Source: Anthoceros angustus
Lineage: Eukaryota; Plantae; Anthocerotophyta
Length of the DNA: 64,000 bases
Assembly: GCA_010909165.1 (NCBI GenBank)
Contig: VJWM01000240.1
Location: forward strand, 124,001-188,000
Direction of reading: 5' to 3'
The notes under the pieces: generated by a model
Databases searched by the model: none
The model's input: the letters and a program-made list of their open reading frames with translations, nothing else
What the model was told of the DNA's origin: nothing
Position numbers and translations under genes: made by a program
Shown here: positions 32,866 through 43,689 of the stretch, piece after piece
Layout of the letters: the number at the start of each line of letters is the position of its first letter
Position numbering within the stretch: the stretch's first letter is position 1

Positions 32866-34320
32866 TCAAAGTTTTCTCGTGAGAGATTTCTCAAGTCGCT
32901 CTAGAGCTGTTGTTGCTCGATTTTGATCTTGTACCGATGCAGCTATTGCTGCCTGATTCCGTTGTTCTAGCGCCATTACTGTGGCCCGATTGTGTTGTTG
33001 TAACGTCACTGCTGTTGCCGGATTACGTTGTTGTAGCGCCACTGTTGCTGCCTGATTTCGTTGTCGTAGCACCACTGCTGCTGCCCTATTCCGTTGTTGC
33101 AGCGCTACTGCTGCTACCCGATCTTGTTGTTCTAGCGTCGCAAAATTCTGCTCTGAGGCAGGTGTTGGTGCACAAATCTCTTGTGATGCAACTATAGCTG
33201 GCCTATACTCCTCTGATGGAGCTATTACTCCCGGGGTAAATTGATTTGATATCAATGCAACTTCTTTTGCCCAAAGCAATTGCTGTAGCCATGCATCGTT
33301 TGCCCATTGTTGTTGCACTGCCGCAATGTTTGCCCATACTTGTTGTTGATGCAATGCAATGTTTGCCCTTTGTTGTTTCAATGTCGCATCGTATGCCCAT
33401 ACTCTTTGATATTGTGATGCAGCGTTTTCCCTTTGTAGTTGCAATGGCGCAATGTTTGCCCATACTTGTTGTTGTCGCGGTGCAGCGTCCGCCCTTTGTT
33501 GTTCCAATGCCGCATCATATGCCCATGCTTGTTGATATTGGGATGCAGCGTTTTCCCTTTGTAGTTGCAATGGCGCAATGTTTGCCCATACTTGTTGTTG
33601 TCGCGGTGCAGCGTCCGCCCTTTGTTGTTCCAATGCCGCATCATATGCCCATGCTTGTTGATATTGGGATGCAGCGTTTGCCCCTTGTTGGTGTAATGCC
33701 ACATTATTTGCCCATATCTGTTGCTGTTGCAATGCAACCCATAGTTGTTGCTGCAGTGATGCAACTACTACCCAATGTTGTTCTGGTCGAGTTGTTGCCG
33801 CAAAATTATGTTCTGAAGTACCTGTTGCTGCCAAATTCTGTACTAATGCAACCTCTACTTTGGGGATGACCATATTTTGAAAAGAAGGTTGTAACGGATT
33901 CATACTAGCTCTAGATAAGTCCAAATTTTCTATATCATTATTTAAGTCTATATTTTCTACAGCATTGGAAAAATATGGCCTCGTGTGCCTAAGGTAAGCA
34001 CTTTCAAAATAAGGCTTCGTACTTTCCGGGGCACCAGATAATGACTCATTAGAATGGATATAGCGTTCTGGTAGAGTAGTAGAGCCGCCTACTTGCAAAT
34101 TAGAAATAGCTTCACCCATAAGAGAGTTGCCTTCTTGCATAGTAGAGCCGTCTTCTTGCATAGTATAAGAGCCACCTTTTCTCAAATTAGAAACGCGTTC
34201 TCCCATAGTAGTAGTAGTAGAGCGGCCTTCTTGCATAGTAGAGCCACCTCCTCGCACAAAAGAGCTGCGGCGTTGCGTAGTAGAGCCGCTATCTTGCATA
34301 ATAGAGTCGCCTCCGTCCAT
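32866..34320 (-). CDS. Gln/Ala-rich repeat protein ORF, 484 aa
   Basis: Open across 42-aa (2x21) and 11-aa repeats; the N-terminus is read from the catagtagagc array. Confidence 0.45.
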   Translation of the reverse strand: MDGGDSIMQDSGSTTQRRSSFVRGGGSTMQEGRSTTTTMGERVSNLRKGGSYTMQEDGSTMQEGNSLMGEAISNLQVGGSTTLPERYIHSNESLSGAPESTKPYFESAYLRHTRPYFSNAVENIDLNNDIENLDLSRASMNPLQPSFQNMVIPKVEVALVQNLAATGTSEHNFAATTRPEQHWVVVASLQQQLWVALQQQQIWANNVALHQQGANAASQYQQAWAYDAALEQQRADAAPRQQQVWANIAPLQLQRENAASQYQQAWAYDAALEQQRADAAPRQQQVWANIAPLQLQRENAASQYQRVWAYDATLKQQRANIALHQQQVWANIAAVQQQWANDAWLQQLLWAKEVALISNQFTPGVIAPSEEYRPAIVASQEICAPTPASEQNFATLEQQDRVAAVALQQRNRAAAVVLRQRNQAATVALQQRNPATAVTLQQHNRATVMALEQRNQAAIAASVQDQNRATTALERLEKSLTRKL

Positions 34321-34790
34321 AGTATAGAGCCGCGGCGTTGCGTAGTAGAGCCACTACCTTGCATGATAGAGTCGCCTCCCCGCATAGTAAAGCTAGTCTT
34401 TCCCCAACGTATGTAGCTGCCGCCTTTTTGCAAATAGAACCGCCTTCTCTCATAGTAGAACAGCCTTTTTGAATAGTAAAGACGCTTTCTCCCGCAGTAG
34501 AGCTGGAACCTTCTAGCATAGTAGAGCTGGAACCTTCCAGCATAGTAGAGCTGGAGCCTCATAGGATAGTAGAGACAGAACCTTCTAGCATTATAGAGTC
34601 GGAACCTTCTGGGATATAGTAGAGCCAAAACCTTCTAGGTCTATAGCAGAGCCAATTAAATCCTCTGGTATGGAGTGGAGCCAAAACGTTCTGGCATAGT
34701 ACTAGTGCGAAAACCTTCTGGCATAGTACAGCGAGAACCTTCTAGCATAGTAGTAGAGCCCGAACTTTCTGGCACATAGTATAGCCCGAA
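34070..34790. repeat. second catagtagagc array
   Basis: Paralogous to 28195-29090. Confidence 0.85.
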
Positions 34791-35335
34791 CGGAGCAAAT
34801 GGAGCAAGAGGTCGTTATTATGATTGACAATGTTACCTTTGCTTGCCTTCTGACGGGTTTTGCAAGCACCAGTGCCTTACAGAGGGGCAGGCAGGTGCAG
34901 TCACAGACTGTGGAAAGATTGGTGCGCATCCTGCCTGGTGGACATGTATGCAAAATGTGGTGAACTGAGAGATGCATGCGAGGTTTTTGAAAGCTTGACT
35001 AGTAGAAAGCAAGTACTCAGGAAGGACTGGGCCACGAGGCACTTCTTTTGTATGGACCAATGGAGCAAGAAGGCCTGATTTTGGCTGACCTTGTTACTTT
35101 TGCTTGCCTTCTCAAGGCCTGTGGAAGCACTGGGGCCTGACAGAAGGGCAGGCAGCTGCATCCACAGATTGTGGACAGAGGACTGCTGGATAACGTAGTC
35201 TTGTGCACCTGGTGGACATGTACGCAAAATGTGGCGAACTGGAACCTGCACGCTAGATTTTTTGACAGCATGAACACAAAAGATGTGGTGACTTGGAATG
35301 CCCTGATATCTGGATATGGCAGTTGTGGAGGTCTG
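34790..35335 (+). pseudogene. PLS-PPR fragments
   Basis: SCLVDMYAKCGELRDACEVFESL and ARFFDSMNTKDVVTWNALISGYG, with frameshifts. Confidence 0.8.
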
Positions 35336-35339
35336 GAGT

Positions 35340-35610
35340 TCCGCTGTAGTCTTTCTTCAACCAGAAGTTCCTGCGCCCTTTGATGCAATTAGGAAGCTCT
35401 TTGATCAGCTCCGTTCCTCGCCGGAGGATGCTCCGGCACTCACCGCCAGCTATCCCGTCCGCGTCGTGTTCAAAACACCTGCGACCAGAAATTCACCGCG
35501 GACCTCTCTCCCACCCGGACATCACGCATCCCCGCCACTCTGCGCTCTGCGCTGGCGAGCCAATGGCCTGGGGAGATCTTTCCATTTTCACCGTAATTGC
35601 AGCGAAGTAT
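35340..35610 (+). pseudogene. 2OG-dioxygenase 5' fragment fused to PPR fragment
   Basis: AVVFLQPEVPAPFDAIRKLFDQLRSSPEDAPALTASYP nearly matches the intact gene. Confidence 0.9.
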
Positions 35611-36022
35611 AATATGCCTGTAAGCGGATTGTCGTAGTCTTACAGCCAATAAAGGATCCGCAGATGCCTCTATGGAATAAAGCCCAAATCACTACAAAAG
35701 GATTAACGGATGCACAGTAGGGCAGACATGTCAGGAGTGCATGCGTGCTCAAAAGGAATCTTAAACTGGAGCTCGAGTACACAACTCCAATGCATCTCCA
35801 GTCTTGCCGACATTCCTGTCCGGCAAGATTGAAGTGCAGAGAACTGCTGTTGAGGCTGTCCAGACTAAGACAAATGACGTCATCTGGAGGCCCAGCTCGG
35901 TTTCTGGCCCAATGAGGCAGGCTTGGGATCCTGGCCTCTTGCAGGTATACTATGCCGGTGCGTCTGTTCTGGCACGGATGGTTTACTAGTTTAATTCTTG
36001 TTGTTGTGGGGGAGAGAAACAG

Positions 36023-37558
36023 ATGTCGATGTCCAGCGAGATGAAGAGTGAAGGAATGGAATACAGAGAAGACATGGGAGTTGAGGGCAGCAAGTCGACA
36101 GGGGGAAGGAAGGTGCCGTTGCTGGCCCACTCTTCACCTTCCGGAGAGGAGGAACTCATCCAGAACGACCTTCCTGGCACAGAGCAGCCGACGTGGAACG
36201 TAAAACCGGGGCCATTGGAGAGGTCTGTGGAGGATAAGGTACGAGGACGGCGAGTTGGGTTCCACAACAGATTGAGCAAGCCGGTGACCCTGCAGAAAGA
36301 CTGGAAGATCGTAGGCCATCACACTGGTGGAGACGGATCCGGGACCCCTGACCTGCTTCAGATCAACGGTGCTGGTGCTGTGCATGTGGTGTCCCTGGAC
36401 GAGGAGGCAGTGGGAGAAATCCTGGGCATTTCATACACAGGCGAGCTGGTTTCCGGCACACGGACCGCTGATGCACTAGAAACCGCCACCATGGTGGCAT
36501 TTGTGGGGAAGTATCTGACTCCGACCAGTAAACATCGGGCTCCCTTCTACTGCAACCAGTGGGATTTGTACGTGTGGGTGGAGTGCATGATACCACAGCT
36601 CCGAGCCTACGTCGAGAAGCACGTGAGCAGGCTCTTCATAGCCATCACGGCGGTGTGCCCTCTTTGGGTGGCGTTTTATCTGGCCAAGAGCCGGTATGAG
36701 AACAAGAAGTTCAACTGGGCGCAGAACAGAATTGCATATGCCGTGCAGACAGTGCTGCATGAAAGGAAGTTTTTTGGCGAACATGCTAAACAAGCTATGG
36801 ATCTTCTGGCGAGCTACAGCCGACTGGCAGTGGGGGTGGCTGGTGCTGTACAGAGCCAGCCGAGAGCAGTGGAGATGTGTGGGGTCCATGTGGAGTTGGA
36901 GGATGGTGAGAGGAGGAGGCTGCCGAGGAAGAGGGTGAAGAATCAGGCAGAGGGAAGAAGGCGATCCAGCAGGATATTGCATGCACATATTGACAATCTG
37001 GAGAGTGTTGATATTGCTGATCTGGAGAAGGGTGCACATGCGGGGCCATCAGGAGATGGCGAACAGGTGTTATGCCCACCGAGCCGTGAGCTTGGAAGGA
37101 AGATGGGGAAGAAAACGCCTGGTGGCGATGTCGTCCAGGAGGCCGTCGGTGGAAGCCAGAGCAAGAAGCTGAAGGCGGCGACAACAGCAGCTGGGGTGGT
37201 CATTACGCCCAGCAGCTGCAGCAATGGGTTGAGGAGAGGAACGAAACATGGTCCGACGGTGTACTCGGGGAAAGACAAGGATGATGCAGTTCAAGCTAAA
37301 GCTGGACAGTTCAGAGATAAGGAAAGAGAACTGGAAGCGAAGGACCAACGAATCACAGCAATGGAAAGGGAATTTGAGGCAAAGGACCAACAAATCCGAG
37401 CCAAGGATAGAGCACTTGCAGCGAAGGACCAACAAATAAGAGCCATGGAAACAGAGATTGAAGCAAAGGACCAACAAATGAGAACCATGGAATTGGATTG
37501 GGCCAAAGAACGAAAAACGTTCAAGGGGATCATTCATCATCTCTCAATTGTGGAGTAG
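36023..37558 (+). CDS. family copy 7 (inverted, most divergent; AKDQQ coiled-coil repeats)
   Basis: Motifs INGAGAVHVVSLDEEAVGEILGISYTG, LRAYVEKH, KFNWAQNR, LLASY, RRSSRI; C-terminus GIIHHL resembles copy 1 GILHRL. Confidence 0.75.
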   Translation: MSMSSEMKSEGMEYREDMGVEGSKSTGGRKVPLLAHSSPSGEEELIQNDLPGTEQPTWNVKPGPLERSVEDKVRGRRVGFHNRLSKPVTLQKDWKIVGHHTGGDGSGTPDLLQINGAGAVHVVSLDEEAVGEILGISYTGELVSGTRTADALETATMVAFVGKYLTPTSKHRAPFYCNQWDLYVWVECMIPQLRAYVEKHVSRLFIAITAVCPLWVAFYLAKSRYENKKFNWAQNRIAYAVQTVLHERKFFGEHAKQAMDLLASYSRLAVGVAGAVQSQPRAVEMCGVHVELEDGERRRLPRKRVKNQAEGRRRSSRILHAHIDNLESVDIADLEKGAHAGPSGDGEQVLCPPSRELGRKMGKKTPGGDVVQEAVGGSQSKKLKAATTAAGVVITPSSCSNGLRRGTKHGPTVYSGKDKDDAVQAKAGQFRDKERELEAKDQRITAMEREFEAKDQQIRAKDRALAAKDQQIRAMETEIEAKDQQMRTMELDWAKERKTFKGIIHHLSIVE

Positions 37559-38085
37559 GAGGTAACGCTGCGGTTGCAAGCGGTTCGTAGAGATTCATAG
37601 ATACCGTCTTAGGATGAAAATATACAGAAGACACCACAGTAGCTTGAGACAAGTTTTCTTAATCGTCAGACCCTACTCTGTTGTTCCAAGGACGATCAGA
37701 AGGGTCCTGAAGACATTTTCCAAATGTTGGGTTCTTTTATTTGGCATGACTTCATATGGACAGTCATGCAAATCAGGATTAGGTAGCTGGGAAAGTCCGG
37801 CATTCACCACACCTTCAACTTCCAAGGGTGCCCTGTTCCCTTTGAAGACCAGGATGCCGGGTTCGACAACCTCGACATCTATCTTTCTGTAGGAAGCTAA
37901 AACGCGGAACTTATGACGTTCTGCATTAGCTACACCGAGGAATGGAAGGAAGCATCAAAGTTACCAAGACGTAGAATCGGAAGTCTGCAAAACCCCAAGG
38001 ATGATGCAAACTGCAGCTCAAGGTTTCAGCCCGGACTCCAGTGAAGAGGCACTCGACTATCACATGTGGTTCCACCAAGTGGAAG

Positions 38086-38094
38086 AAACCCTAA
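38086..38094 (+). promoter_or_regulatory. telo-box AAACCCTAA
   Basis: Exact motif ~150 bp upstream of the CHCH gene ATG. Confidence 0.45.
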
Positions 38095-38239
38095 AACCTG
38101 CCATTCTGGAACTTAACGAAAGGTTCCAGTGCTCAACCCTAAGGACCGTAGAGAGAAATGCCGGATACGGGTTTCCGCATGCCACCTCCGCCCTGCTACT
38201 GCGGCACAGTGGTGGGGAGTGCATGTATCGAGGGTTCAG

Positions 38240-38579
38240 ATGGCACCGGCTCCAGCAAGCAAGGGGCTGTCGGCGACGAAGCAGCAACAGCCTCCTCCTT
38301 GTGGAAAGGAGGCACTGGAGCTCCTGAATTGTGTTGCTCAGGACAACTTCTCCAAGGAGAAATGCCAGGACGTCATGCTGGCCCTGCGGAGGTGCATCCA
38401 AGACAAGGTAGGCACTCCACTTTTTGGCATCTACATGTTACAGACGGTGTAGAGAATCACTCTTCACACTGCCCGAGCTCCTGCAGAAAGTGATGTTGTT
38501 CTCCATTGACGAGGGCAACAAACAACCGGGGGAGGGGATCAAACGAGCTACCTCATCACTGCTGCAAACAAATGACTAG
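38240..38579 (+). CDS. small twin-Cx9C (CHCH) protein; exons 38240-38407 and 38487-38579
   Basis: C-GKEALELLN-C...C-QDVMLALRR-C; a 79-nt GT-AG intron joins to KVMLFSIDEG...; probable mitochondrial intermembrane-space protein. Confidence 0.8.
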
Positions 38580-38953
38580 CACGGTAAGACTGACCAGTCA
38601 ATCACAGCTGGAGGACTGAAGAGGTGGCTTCGTGTTGCTGCAAACGGAGGCAGGACTCCGTAAGGCAGATTTCATTTAACTGGAGGAGCAGACGTTTCAA
38701 AACAGTTAGTAAATGGAGGACTCCATTTTTTTGTATGTACATTTCTGATCCATCCTTTGCGGACACTAGTATTGATTCGCAATGGGGACCAGCTGTCTGA
38801 CAAGCTGAGAGCAGGAGAAACTGCACCCTTGAAGAAACAAAATGCTGTCAGCTCAGAGTCACCGCGGGTCCCCAGAAGCAAGGAACTCTTATACTACCAA
38901 AAAATCGAGTGTGCTGCGGCTAACACTTACATGGCGCCAACTGGTGCACATCC

Positions 38954-40306
38954 CTACCTAAGTAGACTTTCCGGTTGTTCCTGCCGGAAGATGGGATGCT
39001 TGAGCAAATCGCTGGCCGAAGGCCTCACCTTCGCTGTGGGATGCATCAAACCCTTCAACAAGTTCTGGAAGGACAGGGAAAATCCAGGAAGCAGCGTTAG
39101 ACGTCCCTGCCGGATAGCTTGAAACTGAGCCCCTGAGGCAGGCAACGGCGCTCCTCTGGCCAGCTCGTAGATGGTAGCGCCTAGGGAGAACACGTCGGCC
39201 TTGGCAAGGTCACTGTAGTCGTCCTTCAGAATCTCCAGCGGCAGATAGCGGGCATCCCCTTCCTCCACTGAGATGCTGCAGTCCACTCTAGTGGCCCTAC
39301 CAAAGTCCCCCAGCTTGAACACGCCATTTTGAGAATAAATATTGCTAGGCTTGATGTCCATGTGCACCAAACCTTGGGAGTGGATGTGAGTCATGGCATT
39401 GGCAATCTGCCGCATCGCTTCCACCAGAAACCTCTCAGAAACGTCCTCCTTATGCTCCGAAAGCGTACCATCACACAGCTCCGTTTGAATGTACAAATGA
39501 TCAGCCTCAAACCAAGAGCTGTAATACCGCAACACGTTGGTGTGGTATCCCAATGCAGCCAGGGCCTGCACCTCCGTCAGCGCCTCCTTCCTCTCTCTGT
39601 CCAGCTTCAGCGGCCGCAGAGACTGCTTCACCGCATAGTAGCATCCGTCAATGCGCTTGATCACCTTAAACACCTTGCTAAAGTTCCCTCTCCCGAGCTC
39701 CTCCAGCTCGTGAAACTCATCCCTGTACCTCGAAAGACAGTTCCCTCCCACGGCCCCCGCCATGGCCGGTGCCAGCATTCTACCTCGAAATGGATGATTG
39801 TTCGGGTCCCGCTTCAGCTTCACCTCCTCCGCATCCCCCTCCTTCAGGAACGGGTTTTTGATACAGGGAGGAGACAACACTCTCTGCCGCACCGCCGTGA
39901 GCCTGCTCCCCCTGGTGTACCAGGACCCCGCAAATGCATCCTCCGAAACCGCCGAGCTCGGCCCTGACGGCCATGGCTCCTGCGCAAACACGCAATCCGG
40001 CCGCGGCCGCTTCCCTCGCAGCGGCGTCAGCCCCGCGGGGGGACATTGCGGCACCGAATTCTCCTTGTCCCGATCGTTGTCCACCGGCGTGATGTAGTCG
40101 GGGGTGCAGAAGAGATCCTGGCTGCACAGATAGTCATCCGGCTCCTGCTCCAACACAGAATCGAGCTTGGCTCGCTCCGGCTCGAAGGCCTCGCCGAGCA
40201 GCCAGCTGCTCTCCTGCTGCAGCGGCGTCCGCAGACACACTTGGCTCAGCTGCTGGCTCAATGACAGCCCTTCCGCCGCCTGCTCCGCCAGCGCCATCGC
40301 CGCCAC
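38954..40306 (-). CDS. WEE1: WEE1 kinase, intronless
   Basis: Plant WEE1 N-terminal motifs SQDLFCTPDYITP and SPPCIKNPF; kinase motifs GRGNFSKV, YAVK, HMDIKPSN, DFG, and the WEE1-typical EEGDARY. Confidence 0.95.
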   Translation of the reverse strand: MAAMALAEQAAEGLSLSQQLSQVCLRTPLQQESSWLLGEAFEPERAKLDSVLEQEPDDYLCSQDLFCTPDYITPVDNDRDKENSVPQCPPAGLTPLRGKRPRPDCVFAQEPWPSGPSSAVSEDAFAGSWYTRGSRLTAVRQRVLSPPCIKNPFLKEGDAEEVKLKRDPNNHPFRGRMLAPAMAGAVGGNCLSRYRDEFHELEELGRGNFSKVFKVIKRIDGCYYAVKQSLRPLKLDRERKEALTEVQALAALGYHTNVLRYYSSWFEADHLYIQTELCDGTLSEHKEDVSERFLVEAMRQIANAMTHIHSQGLVHMDIKPSNIYSQNGVFKLGDFGRATRVDCSISVEEGDARYLPLEILKDDYSDLAKADVFSLGATIYELARGAPLPASGAQFQAIRQGRLTLLPGFSLSFQNLLKGLMHPTAKVRPSASDLLKHPIFRQEQPESLLR

Positions 40307-40574
40307 TTAAACCATCTCCCGAGCCGAGCAAAGCTGCAGCAACAATATTGGCGCCCAACCTCCCGTGCACGGGCGCTCCAAGGCAGAGCGCGACGATCCC
40401 GAAAAGATGACAGGATTGAGAAGGAGAAAGGGCATAAAGGCGGGAACAAGGACCAGGCGTTTAAACAAAATTTGGCGGCACCGGGGCATTCATGATAAAC
40501 ACAGTTTGTTTTTTATGATCAGATATTCCGGAGTGGCTGAAATTACGTCCTTCGCGGACGACGGCCCACTACCT

Positions 40575-41150
40575 ATCACCTAAATAGAACTTTCTTTAAA
40601 TAACTTGTTCAGCCATTCACTAAAAAACTCAATATTTTTTAACAATAATTTTCACTAAATAAATCAATTAGTCATTCACCAAAAAACCCCAATCTTCTCT
40701 AGTAAACGCGAACGGCTATCCACTAAAAGTCTCACTTTTTTCTAATTAACTTGATCGGCCTTTCACGAATTAACCCTAATTAATCCTAATTAACTCGATA
40801 GGCTATTCACCAACAACCCCACTTTTAAAACTCTCATGTTCTCTTACTAACAGGAGCATCTTTTCACTAGACAACCCTCTTTCCTCTCATTAGCTCCCAT
40901 CCGCCATTGACCATTCCTTCACTAATAAAACCCATTGCTCTCTATGAACTCGATTGGCTATTCACTTTAGATCGCACTCTTTTCTTATTAACTCGATCAC
41001 CCATTTACCCAAAAGCCCATAGTTTTCTAATCAACTCTATGAACTATTCACTAAAAAATCATTGTTCTCTAGTTAACACAATCAAATATTTATTAAAAAG
41101 CTCACTTTTCTCCGTCAACTATTCACCAAAAAAATCGTTCTATCGTAGCC
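40575..41150. repeat. degenerate AT-rich ~45-bp tandem array
   Basis: Recurring ctattcactaaaa...ttctcta.ttaactcgat motif. Confidence 0.7.
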
Positions 41151-41214
41151 TTTCAATCTCTTGTTCTCTTTTTGAGTCTTCTTTGGCTCATTAATCCCGC
41201 TCAATAGTGAATTC

Positions 41215-41402
41215 AAAGACTTCATAGATATTTCAAAGTGTACATCAAAGTCCCACACCGGGATGTCATCAGGAGTAGCCCCATAGGGCTTTTACAACAA
41301 GTGGCATTATAAGGTCTGATTTTTTAAGCGGACTTAGAGACTTTATAGATGTTTCAAAGTCCACATCGAAGTCCCGCACAGGGATATCATCAGGAGTAGC
41401 CT
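41215..41402. repeat. ~120-bp-period direct repeat
   Basis: agactt.atagat.tttcaaagt..acatc.aagtccc.cac.gggat.tcatcaggagtagcc occurs twice. Confidence 0.8.
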
Positions 41403-43689
41403 TGTAGACATTTACTCATCACCTCGTAGTATACGCTGAATTACACAGATTATTCCTCCGGAATTTCGCCTTCAATCTATTGAAAATCTTCTCATGATAG
41501 TTTCCACTCAAATTGCTAATGCAATTGCCTCAGTATATGGAAGATTCCAAGAAATTGAAGCAACAGTTGATGATCTGGTTGCCTCTCTTGAATATATGAA
41601 TGTTGGAAGATCTTGTTGAGTTGACAGCACGTCTATTTCTGCTGTCAACTTAGTTAAAGATCCTGTTGCAGCACTGTTTGCGGCAGCCTCAAACCACCAC
41701 GTGATGAAGCGTAGAAGGGCGTAATGCTATGATTTCCATTAGATTTGATGTGCCTCTAGCCAAAATTACAACTGTTTTTGCATAGAATTTGTTGATCCTG
41801 GAATAGATTGCTCTTGGTTGCTAAGAGGCGCCAGGGAATCTTGCGGCGGTCTGTGAAGGCTACCAGCTTGGAGGTGCCCTAATTTAAGTTTCCAATTGGG
41901 AGCTATTCATACCCCTTAAGTTCTATTTCTCTGAATACCCTAAAAATATATATATGTATAACAATGCTAATTTAGTTTTGTTAGCACTCTTCACATCTCT
42001 TTAGTTCAAGCAGCCCCCTCCCCGACAATTTCAACTGTTTTCCTTGAGCATCGGAATCAGGATTCTTAGCATCAAAGTCTTCAAGTAGAGTATCTATCAA
42101 GGCCGATTTTTGGACAAAGGGTGCAGCATGATATACTAGTTGTGTCGTAAAGTTCACTCAAGCAACACACTAACCCATCATTGAAACCAAGCAACGATGC
42201 CTTGCTCAGTGTAAGAGCCATGGCAGATACCAAAAGCTTTTACATTCTCTAAAGGGTGCAAAAATCATCAAGATTTTTAGTCAACACACCATCGGATAGA
42301 GGAGAGTATGATCATAATTGTCATTGGCAAGAAATGAATTGGGTGCATTCAAATTTAACAATTACTCAAAAATATTATGTATTCAAAACTAGCCAAAAAA
42401 TGCCTTCGGCATTTTAGCTCAGCAAATCCATGATAGCATCTTGTATTACCCATGCCTTGGAGACGCAGACTTGAGAAGGTCACGAAAGAGTTTTTTTGGT
42501 GTGTCGTGATCATATTAAATTGAATAAAACACAAAGTGTGGGTACAAATGCTAGCGAAAGCCAGTGATGAGCCACGTAAAAGTGATTTTTTAGGTATAAA
42601 AATTTATTTATTGAATTTTATGATATAAATTTATTTAAGCCTTATCAACATTCATGCAATGTAGTTCACAATATCGCATGCGGGAAGAATGAAGGGCAAT
42701 AAGTAACTTTAGGGATGGAATTTAGTTGGTCCTTTTCCTTTCGTAGGGTGGGTCTCGTCGTGTTGCTCCATTTTATTATGGTCCATCCTTAGGCCTCCTT
42801 TGATGTAATATGTCGGATGGGCTCCCATCAATCTCCTCCTTCAGTAAAGAGTTAGTCATTTTATACCCCGGTTCGTAAAACTCGCGAGTGTAAGAACGTG
42901 TGGACAGGGAGTGGGGCCCACCTCAAACATTGGGTAACCAGTTGCCTTCTTGCATCCATCCATCCATGCATGCGGAAAGCGGGAGTCCATGTCATGTCTC
43001 CCCTATCCCAGGAGAAGCGGGAGCATCGGGCATCGCGAGTAATATATTTAGGGTTCAGAGGGTGTGAATGGGAGGTATTCCTGAAGTAGTCAAAAACTTA
43101 TAGATAGTTACCAGGAGTCAAATGAGAGGTCAAATGGGGGACCAAAAGCCTTTGTACGCTAATCCTCTAGTGCACATGAGACGTGAGATGGGGTGCATCG
43201 AGATGGTAATGGATGGGGGAGGGAGGTGCTTGGATCGGTTTTTGGAGGTGATAATCATAGATCCACCTCTACTAGGGCATCTAGTCTACATTGCCTACGT
43301 CTCAAAATTTTACACACCTAATCTAGGTAGGTTACGTCTCAATCTCCGAAGCGATAACGCTTCGTGCGTATGATGTCCTCACTGGTATATCATGCCCATA
43401 ATTTGCCCATATCCGATACGCATTCTTCATTTATGTATGTATGAGAAGACAACTTCATGTCTATTCACCTAATGACATAACCCTAACGAACGGGTATTTG
43501 TAAATAATTCTAAGTACTTACACATGCCTCCTCTGTGGGATAGTACCCTAAACCCTAAACCCTCATCATAATCCCAACACTCTATTTCATCACCTTGTCG
43601 CCTTGTTTCAGCCTTTTCTGTAGCTCTGCCATATAGATGTACAAGGGAAGAGGGCCAAGTGGGCAGCCATGTCTCACACCGGCATTGCT

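Larger units (their letters stand above)
24390..35760. repeat. decayed tandem segmental duplication (~24.4-30.5 kb vs ~30.55-35.8 kb)
   Basis: Collinear anchors 24392/30603, 25560/31385, 25681/31503, 27060/32415, 28060/33950, 29030/34755. Both units end in PPR fragments followed by a 2OG-dioxygenase fragment. Confidence 0.85.

Noticed and set aside
42889-43314. Possible solo LTR (tgtaa...ttaca)
   Set aside because: No matching target-site duplication and no second copy.
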